From sequence record PP496443.1: a stretch of DNA of 64,000 nt. One strand, given 5' to 3'. The stretch's first letter is position 1; the number at the start of each line of letters is the position of its first letter. Under the pieces are notes generated by a model that searched no databases, had not been told where the DNA came from, and saw only the letters and a list, made by a program, of their open reading frames with translations. This document shows, piece after piece, positions 6,795 through 14,830 of this stretch. The position numbers were made by a program, and so were the translations under genes.

Positions 6795-9191
6795 TTAAAT
6801 ATGCTTTCGTGGGGCGAACTGGCCGATACGAACCACCGAGTCTTGAGCAACGTTCTGCGCGAAGTAAACGGTAACACGAACAGTCACCGCAGTCTCCGTG
6901 CCGTCCCACGTGTAGCGCTGAGTCTCCAGCGATGTCAATGGAACAACGGCGGGCAGGGTGTACGGATCTACGTACTTGTCACCGTCTCGGAAGTAGAACA
7001 CGGTTGATGCGGAGTTGACAGGTTTGGTTACCAGTACCTCGGTAGTTACCCCGAGGATACCGGACGTAGTACCGTCTACCCGAATCGCACCCACCAGACT
7101 GAACACGTCACCCACGGCCATGTTGGCAAGTGAGAAGGTAGTCGTCGGGGAGAACGCCAGATACGCAGCGGCTACACTAGGCGTACCCCCGAACTGAATG
7201 ACCTGGTATTCACCGGGGCCGTCAGTACGTACTTCTTTGCTCCAGGTGGTAGTCAACCCGGTGAACGCCGAGCCAGCAGCCTTGAAGCCGGTCGCAACCA
7301 CCGAACCTGCTGTGGGGTTGACCGAAGCCGTAGACATGTTCGAGGAACCGAGCAGCAACGGATTCGCGCTGAGAGATCCGGTCTTGTTAACCGCGCTGTA
7401 GAGGTCACCCGAGTCAACTGGCAGGTCAACTGGCAGGAACTCCAGTCTACGAACCAATGGCAGGTAGGGTTGAGCGAGCTTGAACGCACCTTGTACGTGT
7501 GGGTGCAAACCATCACGCAGGTCGGCTTCCACGATAGCGTCCCAGGTATTGACTACCGGAGTCCACTTCGACACCTCGTTGGTGATCCAGTTGTGCACTT
7601 CGATGTGGTCTGCGAGTGCTTGGCCGGTAAGTGCCTTGTCGCCGAAACGGGGAGTCTCGTTACCCACGATAACGATCTTGCCAGCACGTTGCAGGCGGCG
7701 GATGATTGCCGTTATGTTACGTTTGGAATCACCTGCAGTCATCGCGGGTGCGGAAGCGGTACGGTCGTTGGTACTGCCGAGGAAGAACACGATATCGCCT
7801 ACCGCAGCAGCAACTGCCTCGACACGTGCCAACATCTCAGCAGTGTTCTGGCCGCCGATACCGAAGTTCAGCGTGTAAGGCAACCGGATCACGCCGGTGA
7901 GCATGGCTACCCAGTTGTAGATGCCATAGTTCTTGGTCGAGAACGCGGTGGATGATGCGGTTGCCGCGAGGCCTGTAACCGCGTGGTTCATCTCTGTACG
8001 GCTGTCACCAAAGAGGATAACTTCCCGGAGCAAAGGTCGGGACGGGAACACCAGCTTGTTCCAAGACCCGTTGGACCGAGTGAACTGACCTGGAAGTGAT
8101 GCACTCACATCCGAGATCAGACCGGATAGATCTGTTTTACTTGCCAGCCCTGCCAGATCTGTTTTACTTGCCAGATTAGCGATTTCGGTCTTGGTCGCAG
8201 CTCCTGACACGCCCTGACTCAGCGTACTAAGCGAGGTGGACAACCCGTTGATCGTGTTGATATCTTGAGTGCCGGTATGAGTACCCCGGTCACGCAGACT
8301 CGCATCGGTGTCGTTCTTGGTGGCGCCGACAGCAACCCCCGTGAGCTTGTCCTTGTCTGCGGTTACGTAAGCATTGGTATCAGGGTTGCTTTCGTACAGC
8401 GTCTTGACCTGGGAAGCTGTCACCGGGGTGGCGCTGCTGGAACTCAAGACCCATTTGTTGTCCGACGCGTCCCATACGTATCGGGCTACATCTGCACCTG
8501 CAACGTCCACGTCAGCATAGTTACCAGCGACCGGCAGCGATACGCCTGCGGTGAGTGCGGACAGCGACGTGAACGTACCTCGGAACATCGGACCTTCGAC
8601 ACCCGCAAGCTTGGTCTTTTCCGCTGGGGTGAAGTTGGACTGGGACAGTGCATAGCCCGTCTGCTTTTCTACCTTGGTGTCCAACAAGTTCTGCAGGACG
8701 GCCCGAACGTAGGCATCGTCATAGTTGAACAGTTCGGCAAGCTTATTCTTCTGAGCCGCGTCGAAATCGTTGGTGGATAGCATCTTGCCGGGGACTACGG
8801 CAACCGCACCGAGGTCAGCAGCCGTCTTCGGAATGTAGGGGGCATCAACCAGATCCCCGAACAACCCGGTGGTAGCCACCTTGGCGAGTCCGGGAATGTT
8901 ACCGCCGCCACCGGAACCATCACCTGCCGCGACTGCCGCCGCCGTACTGGTGCTGATCGAGGGGTCCATGACTCGACGGTGGAACTCTTGAGCGTTGGAG
9001 TATGAGAGGATCGAGTCTTCGGAGCAAACCAACAAGCCCCGTGCTACCTGAGTCCTCAACATCTCAAAGCTTTGCAGTACGAATTTTTCCGAAGGGTAGA
9101 AGAAATTACCCTCCGTCAAAGTAGTACCTTCGATGGACAGTCCCTTCGGGGCGGAGGCCGTTCGTTTGAAACCAATAGATGATGCTGCCAT
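6795..9191 (-). CDS. Fibre/spike-like virion protein with a C-terminal SGNH/GDSL esterase domain
   Basis: SGNH blocks I (LFGDSRT), II (NFGIGGQNT), III (FLGSTND) and V (DGLHPH). N-terminal half has fibre-shaft motifs. Confidence 0.8.
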   Translation of the reverse strand: MAASSIGFKRTASAPKGLSIEGTTLTEGNFFYPSEKFVLQSFEMLRTQVARGLLVCSEDSILSYSNAQEFHRRVMDPSISTSTAAAVAAGDGSGGGGNIPGLAKVATTGLFGDLVDAPYIPKTAADLGAVAVVPGKMLSTNDFDAAQKNKLAELFNYDDAYVRAVLQNLLDTKVEKQTGYALSQSNFTPAEKTKLAGVEGPMFRGTFTSLSALTAGVSLPVAGNYADVDVAGADVARYVWDASDNKWVLSSSSATPVTASQVKTLYESNPDTNAYVTADKDKLTGVAVGATKNDTDASLRDRGTHTGTQDINTINGLSTSLSTLSQGVSGAATKTEIANLASKTDLAGLASKTDLSGLISDVSASLPGQFTRSNGSWNKLVFPSRPLLREVILFGDSRTEMNHAVTGLAATASSTAFSTKNYGIYNWVAMLTGVIRLPYTLNFGIGGQNTAEMLARVEAVAAAVGDIVFFLGSTNDRTASAPAMTAGDSKRNITAIIRRLQRAGKIVIVGNETPRFGDKALTGQALADHIEVHNWITNEVSKWTPVVNTWDAIVEADLRDGLHPHVQGAFKLAQPYLPLVRRLEFLPVDLPVDSGDLYSAVNKTGSLSANPLLLGSSNMSTASVNPTAGSVVATGFKAAGSAFTGLTTTWSKEVRTDGPGEYQVIQFGGTPSVAAAYLAFSPTTTFSLANMAVGDVFSLVGAIRVDGTTSGILGVTTEVLVTKPVNSASTVFYFRDGDKYVDPYTLPAVVPLTSLETQRYTWDGTETAVTVRVTVYFAQNVAQDSVVRIGQFAPRKHI

Positions 9192-9302
9192 AATACTCTC
9201 CAGTTCGGTCCTGACTACGTTGTATGTCTATACCACCTTTGATTAGGTGGGACGGAATGCCCGAAAACAGATCTGGGAAATAACGTCCTGATTTAACCTG
9301 GT

Positions 9303-9316
9303 ATGCGTGTAATTAG
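9303..9316 (-). promoter_or_regulatory. Candidate late promoter CTAATTA-CAC-GCAT
   Basis: One of five intergenic or gene-junction copies of STAAWTW-N3-GYAT upstream of structural genes. Confidence 0.5.
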
Positions 9317-9331
9317 GACTTTCAGACAAAT

Positions 9332-9364
9332 AAAAGCCCGCACGGCGGGGGCCAATGCGGGCTT
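9332..9364 (-). terminator. Rho-independent terminator
   Basis: AAGCCCGCA/TGCGGGCTT stem with a T-tract on the minus strand, just downstream of the 402 aa gene. Confidence 0.7.
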
Positions 9365-9367
9365 AGA

Positions 9368-10576
9368 TTATGCAGATGGTACAGGATCCCAACTCACCTT
9401 GAATACTTTGCCGAGGTATTTGACAACCCGGCTGTAGTTCTTAGACTCGTTCATAATGCCGATCACGTAGTTGAGCACGTCACCCCGGATCTGGGAGTGG
9501 CTCCACGCTTGTGGTACACCTTTCATGTAGTCCTGTGCTGGACCTGGAATCCACTTGGCGCTGGCTGCGGAGTGCAACGTCAGGTTAGTAGCACTCATCT
9601 CTGTCAGCTTGATCGCACCCAAGTCCCGGAGGACCAGCATCAAGGTGTTGATTGCCCGGTAGCTTGGCAGGTCCATATTGCGGCATACGCCTTGAACCGT
9701 GGCGAAGTCGATGAACTCATTGGGCTTGAACATTTCTGCAGGCTTCGGGTAATGATCGATAACCTTGAATGGTTCGTAGTACGGCCCCTTCTCAGTCTTA
9801 GGCGGTTCCTTTTCCATGGATCTAACCAGATCGTCGATAGCCTCCGGACACATTGAGTTCTCACGTCGCGGTTCGCTGACGATGGTTGCCAACACCTTAG
9901 GGGCATCCCACTTGGCTGGCTCTTTAACTGACAACGGCGGCGATGGGTCAACGGCCAGCACTGGCGCTGGAACTTCCGGTTTGGCCGGGGTCACCGGCTT
10001 CGCAGGCTGCGTTTTGGGCGGCTTTGCTGGTTTGGCCGGGGATTGTGTAGCTTTCGGCAGTTTGTTCAAGGCGGAGCGTTTCACGGGCTTGCGAGTGGCG
10101 AGCATGATGTCGAGCGTGTGCTTGGTCTCAGGACACTTGCACGCGTTCATCAGATCCACGATGGCGTTGATCGGCATCATCATGCTCTCAGCTTGCAATT
10201 CTCCGTCAGGAATCTTGATCGGTTTGCTTTGGCCCGGCTGACGTACTATCTCAAAGTGCAGCAGGTTGTCAGCCAGCCCCGGAATGTTGGCCCAGTAATC
10301 ACAGACGGCTTTGATGTCATCGTGAGTCTTCGGCAGTTGAAGCAGATGCTTGCGCAGGGACGCGCCGGAATAGGTTAGCCCGCAAGACTTGAGTGCCGAA
10401 GCAATCTGCTCGAACGAGGCGCCATACGTACGCATCCTGACAATACCCGGCAATGCCTTGTCCAACAACAACTGTACTTCTTTTCTTATCTTGCGCGGTC
10501 CATCGTAGTCGTACTCTTCGGCCAGCTTTAGGAACTGGTCAAGATCAAACTGTGGTTTATCAGTTGTGTCTTTCAT
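9368..10576 (-). CDS. Hypothetical protein, possibly DNA-binding (N-terminal HTH-like, Pro/Lys-rich linker, KilA-C-like C terminus)
   Basis: RMRTYGASFEQIASALKSCGLTYSGASLRKHL is HTH-like, followed by a PAKPAKP linker. The domain assignments are tentative. Confidence 0.55.
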   Translation of the reverse strand: MKDTTDKPQFDLDQFLKLAEEYDYDGPRKIRKEVQLLLDKALPGIVRMRTYGASFEQIASALKSCGLTYSGASLRKHLLQLPKTHDDIKAVCDYWANIPGLADNLLHFEIVRQPGQSKPIKIPDGELQAESMMMPINAIVDLMNACKCPETKHTLDIMLATRKPVKRSALNKLPKATQSPAKPAKPPKTQPAKPVTPAKPEVPAPVLAVDPSPPLSVKEPAKWDAPKVLATIVSEPRRENSMCPEAIDDLVRSMEKEPPKTEKGPYYEPFKVIDHYPKPAEMFKPNEFIDFATVQGVCRNMDLPSYRAINTLMLVLRDLGAIKLTEMSATNLTLHSAASAKWIPGPAQDYMKGVPQAWSHSQIRGDVLNYVIGIMNESKNYSRVVKYLGKVFKVSWDPVPSA

Positions 10577-10629
10577 TTAGGGTAGTCTCAAAGTGGGGAG
10601 GAACCTACCCTCCCCTTGTTACGTACAGT

Positions 10630-11748
10630 TTATACCGGATGGTGATCAGGGTCTGTATCAGCGAGTGTCGTATCCTTGCTGAAGTCTTCATCTTCCGCAG
10701 GTGATGTGGGCACCTCCTCGGAATCATCCATAGTCCAAATAGGGAGATCAGCTAGCGAAATGTACCGACGCTCCTGACGATTCCCACCGGCGCACGCACT
10801 TCCCTTTCCTGCCATGCGAGGGTCATCTACGCTGTCCACGTTCTTGGCACGGGCGTACGCGAACATCTTCTTGCCGAAATACTCGCCTGCGTACACGTTG
10901 GAAACTTCTGGGAGTACGTCCACTGGACCACTATAGTTAAGGTGGTCCAGTAGTCGATACAGAGTGTAAGGATCGAGCACCCGAGCAGTCTCATCCGTGA
11001 TGACCAAGTTCATCTCACTCATGTAGACCCAACCCTTGGTAGTTGCCTCCAAGATGGCGATGGCGCGGGCAGGGGTAATATGGAGGAACTTTTTGAGCTC
11101 TTCATCCCCAACCCAAGCGTTGGTCAACCGATCAGGTGATGAATCACCCTCACTCTCTTTGATATGCAGGTTGAAGTTACTGAATCCCTTACCAAACCTG
11201 TCGGCCCAGCGTGGATACCAGGTTCGCTCCAGCGCGTATTTGGTGTACAGATCAGGGAATACCCAGTGCGAAGGGTGGACGAGGTATCCGGTAGGGCTGT
11301 AGCCTAACGTGCGCTCCACGATCTCCGACATCAAGCAGCAGGTGAAACAGTGTTCCATCTTGCCGACGTCGGGGAGGAAGATCACATAACCGAAAGCGTT
11401 GCACTTGATCTCGGAATGGTGGGAGTCCATACCAAGGCACTGGATGTGCGCCGGAATGTCTTTGGACTTGACCACATCCCGGTAGAAGGCTTCGGCCATG
11501 GCGACACTGGAACCGATCAAGGTGAGCATCGCTACTTCCCCGGAAACCGCAGCTTTCATCACTTCCGTTTCACGGGTGGATCGGCATACTCTGGTCAATG
11601 CCATCTTGCTGTAGCTGTGTAGCAGGCCGCTCAGCGTGGCCGTGAACAGTGGCTCTGAATCAAGCAACACGAACTGCGACGCATCCTCGGGGAAGACGAG
11701 GGAGTGTGCAGATGATGGACGTACTTCTCTTGGTTTGATATAGCTCAT
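10630..11748 (-). CDS. Hypothetical protein
   Basis: 372 aa ORF with GAGG-like RBS; no recognisable motif. Confidence 0.75.
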   Translation of the reverse strand: MSYIKPREVRPSSAHSLVFPEDASQFVLLDSEPLFTATLSGLLHSYSKMALTRVCRSTRETEVMKAAVSGEVAMLTLIGSSVAMAEAFYRDVVKSKDIPAHIQCLGMDSHHSEIKCNAFGYVIFLPDVGKMEHCFTCCLMSEIVERTLGYSPTGYLVHPSHWVFPDLYTKYALERTWYPRWADRFGKGFSNFNLHIKESEGDSSPDRLTNAWVGDEELKKFLHITPARAIAILEATTKGWVYMSEMNLVITDETARVLDPYTLYRLLDHLNYSGPVDVLPEVSNVYAGEYFGKKMFAYARAKNVDSVDDPRMAGKGSACAGGNRQERRYISLADLPIWTMDDSEEVPTSPAEDEDFSKDTTLADTDPDHHPV

Positions 11749-11828
11749 TTGAGGTTTCCTGCGCCATTGCGCACGGGAGGGTGAAAGAGTGGCCTACGCA
11801 TTGCAGGTCCACCCCGGTTGCTTCGGTG

Positions 11829-12119
11829 TTACTCGACCGATACTTTGACGAAGGTTACGTCTTCGTATTCCCGCAGTCGCTTGGTGAAGGACTCTGCAAC
11901 TTCGGCCAACGGCACGAAGATCATGTCGCGGGCCACGGTCTCTACTGCGAAGAAAGACGCATCGGTGCGCACGTATACGCGATTGACCGCTGATTTCGAG
12001 GACGACTCATCTTCGCACTCCGTACACACGGCAGTCGAAGATCGGAGCGTGATGGTATACGACTTCGTGCCTTCCGGCTCAGGCCCTTGACTACTTCCTA
12101 CCTCTTGGGTATCACTCAT
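11829..12119 (-). CDS. Hypothetical protein
   Basis: 96 aa ORF overlapping the recA stop codon. Confidence 0.7.
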   Translation of the reverse strand: MSDTQEVGSSQGPEPEGTKSYTITLRSSTAVCTECEDESSSKSAVNRVYVRTDASFFAVETVARDMIFVPLAEVAESFTKRLREYEDVTFVKVSVE

Positions 12120-13668
12120 CTTCTACTTCCTCTTCTTCCTCATCCAGACCAGCGCCGGACAAGTGGTTGAAATACAACTCCAGGCCACGGCCCGAAGAAA
12201 TCTGTGCGGCCAGCACTTCACGGATGTCGAAATCTTTCACTTCCCATTCCGCCGTCAGCTCCTTGCGGGCCTTGCCTTTGAACAGGACCAGTTGTTTCAG
12301 ATCCTCCCACGTCAAGTCCAGCTCAGGGATAGACTTGCTGTCGGCATGCAGCGTGAAAGACTTCATGTTGCCGGACAGCTGACCAGTCATACGCAGGTAG
12401 TACCACGTATCCCAGACCGGATCGAAGCCACGACCTTTACCACTGGCGTCGCTGATCCACAAGCGCTGCCAGATTTCAAGGTTGTCAACCCCGTACTTGT
12501 TCTTGATCGCCTTCATATTGATGAAGCGATAAGTGTCTGTACCGGACGCGCCTACGCTTGGCTCTTCCATCGTGGCGCCAGTGGCCGAGATGAAGTCCGG
12601 GCAAGCGCGAGGGGTTTGCATGATCCGTGCACCGGTGGCGTGTTTGATCGCCATGCCGCCAGGTTCATAGTTCGGGTTACCCATTCGCATGCCCGGATTC
12701 TGACGGATCTGGTTGATCGACACCACGGTCGCCATTTTCTTCCGCAGTCGGCCCCACACCTTCTTGATGTGCTTGGAGTGCATACGTGCATCCAGAGCCA
12801 TACCCCGGCTACCGTCACCGTCTTCCCCTTCGTCTTCCTCGGTGGTCATCGAGGCAATGGAGTCGAGCAGGATCAGACACTGCATCATGCCGCCGTTGGG
12901 CGACTTCATCCGCAGCTTGCCTTTGTAGACGGTGTACTTGCCCTTGAACTTGCTCATGTTCTCTTTGGTGCGGTCATACAGCAGATACCACTCGCCGTTG
13001 ATATGCACCTTGTCGGGCAGCTTTTTCAGGATCGACGACATCACCTTGTAGAACTTCTCGCCCGACGATTCGTTGTAGTAACGAACGCGAGGTGGGACTA
13101 CGTAGTTGCCTTTATCGTCCTTCACGCCGAACATACGCTTCATGCTGATCTTGATGCCTTGGGCTTCGAGCATGTTGACGATGTAGTCTTCGGCACCGGT
13201 GTTCTCATAGTCCCACCAAAAGGACATTGGAACGCCAGCCAAACAGATGGAACCCAACCACGACATCAGGTTGGTGGACTTGCCCGAACCTTCCGGCCCC
13301 GAGAAGTTATACCAGCCGCCGGGATAGATACCACCCGCCAGCATCAGGTCGGTGCACAGCATCCCCGTGGACACTCGCCCTTCCCGGAGGATCTCCAAGT
13401 CCGATACACCTTGGACGATGTTGAAGTGTTCCTCCACCTCGTCGATCATGGCAGTGACGCCCATCATCTCAAGTATTTCGTCTACCATGTCTTCGCGAGA
13501 CTTGGGTGGCGCTTCAACCTTTGCAGCGGCTGCTTTGTTGGCCCCACGCTTGGCGGGTACCTTGGCGTCCTCGATCAGCTTTTCCGCAAGTGCGCTGACC
13601 TTTTTCTTGGTTGCTACCGTCGCAGTCTTGACGGGTTTAGCTTTAGCTCTGGTAATGGCTGCTGCCAT
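12112..13668 (-). CDS. recA: RecA/UvsX-like recombinase
   Basis: STGMLCTDLMLAGGIYPG, Walker A GPEGSGKST, Walker B LILLDSIASM, INQIR and PGGMAIKH (RecA NQxR and GGxAxK motifs). Start reassigned to ATG 13668. Confidence 0.92.
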   Translation of the reverse strand: MAAAITRAKAKPVKTATVATKKKVSALAEKLIEDAKVPAKRGANKAAAAKVEAPPKSREDMVDEILEMMGVTAMIDEVEEHFNIVQGVSDLEILREGRVSTGMLCTDLMLAGGIYPGGWYNFSGPEGSGKSTNLMSWLGSICLAGVPMSFWWDYENTGAEDYIVNMLEAQGIKISMKRMFGVKDDKGNYVVPPRVRYYNESSGEKFYKVMSSILKKLPDKVHINGEWYLLYDRTKENMSKFKGKYTVYKGKLRMKSPNGGMMQCLILLDSIASMTTEEDEGEDGDGSRGMALDARMHSKHIKKVWGRLRKKMATVVSINQIRQNPGMRMGNPNYEPGGMAIKHATGARIMQTPRACPDFISATGATMEEPSVGASGTDTYRFINMKAIKNKYGVDNLEIWQRLWISDASGKGRGFDPVWDTWYYLRMTGQLSGNMKSFTLHADSKSIPELDLTWEDLKQLVLFKGKARKELTAEWEVKDFDIREVLAAQISSGRGLELYFNHLSGAGLDEEEEEVEDE

Positions 13669-13690
13669 GGAGATGTACCTGCGTCGTAAA

Positions 13691-13732
13691 TAAAAATGGG
13701 GCACCGACCAGCGAACCGGCAGATGCCCCATT
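13691..13732 (-). terminator. Rho-independent terminator
   Basis: AATGGGGCA/TGCCCCATT stem with TTTTTA on the minus strand. It lies downstream of the in-frame extension at 13749-13925. Confidence 0.7.
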
Positions 13733-13748
13733 AGGGTTGCGCAACAGA

Positions 13749-13925
13749 TCACTTACGTGACTTGCGACGCTTCGCTTTGACCGTACTCACCGCCTTGAAG
13801 CCGGGCTTATTGTAGTCCGGTCTGGCATCGGCGGCGAGGTTGAACAACCCCCCGCTGCTAGGGTCAAAGCCTTTGGCGGATCGGCCCTTCGGCTTACCGC
13901 CGCCGGACTTACCGCCGGCCTGCAG
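13749..13925 (-). CDS. Candidate stop-codon readthrough extension (58 aa, Gly/Lys/Arg-rich) of the acidic protein
   Basis: In frame directly after TGA 13926-13928: LQAGGKSGGGKPKGRSAKGFDPSSGGLFNLAADARPDYNKPGFKAVSTVKAKRRKSRK*. It has no ATG or RBS of its own, and its codon choice looks coding. Confidence 0.55.
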   Translation of the reverse strand: MQAGGKSGGGKPKGRSAKGFDPSSGGLFNLAADARPDYNKPGFKAVSTVKAKRRKSRK

Positions 13926-14732
13926 TCACTCGATGTCGAGTTCGATCTTCAGCTTTTTGGCCGCTTTGACGATCTTGTCCTTGCCCGCTTCGACAACTTT
14001 CTCGACGATGGCGTCGGTGTCGTCCTTGCGGCCGATGGTGATCTTCAGCGCTTTGGCCAGCGACTTCAGTTCGTCTTCGTCCAGCTCTTCGAGGGCGTCT
14101 TGGAGTTCTTCTTCCTCCTCTTCTTCCTCCTCGTTTTCTTCTTCCTCTTCTTCGCCGTCGCCCAGTTCGATTTCCAGCTCTTCAGCTGCGTCACGAACGT
14201 CGTCTTCGTCTTCTTCGAGGATCAGCGCGATGATCGCGTCTTCGTCGTCTTTCTTGCCGACTTTGATTTCCAGCTCTTTGGCCAGCGCTTTGAGGTCTTT
14301 CAGGGAAAGTTCACCGAGTTCGGCTTCGAGGTCGCCTTCCTCTTTTTCGTCTTCTTCCTCCTCCTCCTCCTCGTTTTCTTCCTCCTCCTCTTCTTCGGAT
14401 TCCTCCAGTTCGAGGTCGATGTCCAACGCGTCGGCCGCGTCTTCGATGTCCGACTGGGACGCCGCTTCGGCCAGCGCTTCGGCCATGGCTTCTTCGTCAG
14501 CGCCCTTGGCGAACTTGACCTTCAGCTTCTTGCCCAGCTGTTTCAGCTCGTCTTCGTCCAGATCGGCCAGTGCTTCGATCAGCGCTTCCTTGTCGTCGCC
14601 CTTGTCACCGCCGCCTTCTTCGTCCAGCTCTTCCGCCAGTTCGGCGATTTCGGCGAATGCTGCCTTGGCCTTTTTGTCCTTGGTCGCTTCTGCTGCTGCT
14701 TCGGCCAGTTCGATGATTTTTTCAACAGACAT
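13926..14732 (-). CDS. Highly acidic protein with three Rho-N/HeH-like helical repeats separated by poly-Glu linkers
   Basis: LADLDEDELKQLGKKLKV..., LGELSLKDLKALAKELEI..., LEELDEDELKSLAKALKI...; strongly biased codons; GAGGA RBS. Confidence 0.8.
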   Translation of the reverse strand: MSVEKIIELAEAAAEATKDKKAKAAFAEIAELAEELDEEGGGDKGDDKEALIEALADLDEDELKQLGKKLKVKFAKGADEEAMAEALAEAASQSDIEDAADALDIDLELEESEEEEEEENEEEEEEEDEKEEGDLEAELGELSLKDLKALAKELEIKVGKKDDEDAIIALILEEDEDDVRDAAEELEIELGDGEEEEEENEEEEEEEEELQDALEELDEDELKSLAKALKITIGRKDDTDAIVEKVVEAGKDKIVKAAKKLKIELDIE

Positions 14733-14830
14733 GGTACATCCTCTTTACGGGTAGGGTGCCAACTAAGGCTCTTTAATCAACGGGGCGCCGTTTGGCTCAC
14801 CCCGTTATACGAATGATTTACAGCGGTCTT

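Noticed and set aside
12163-13689. 508 aa plus-strand ORF
   Set aside because: Antisense shadow of recA. Biased codon use leaves the opposite frame stop-free; no RBS or motifs.
13840-14816. Ser-rich (304 aa) and Phe-rich (238 aa) plus-strand ORFs
   Set aside because: Reverse-complement artefacts of the GAA/GAG/GAC-rich acidic gene.
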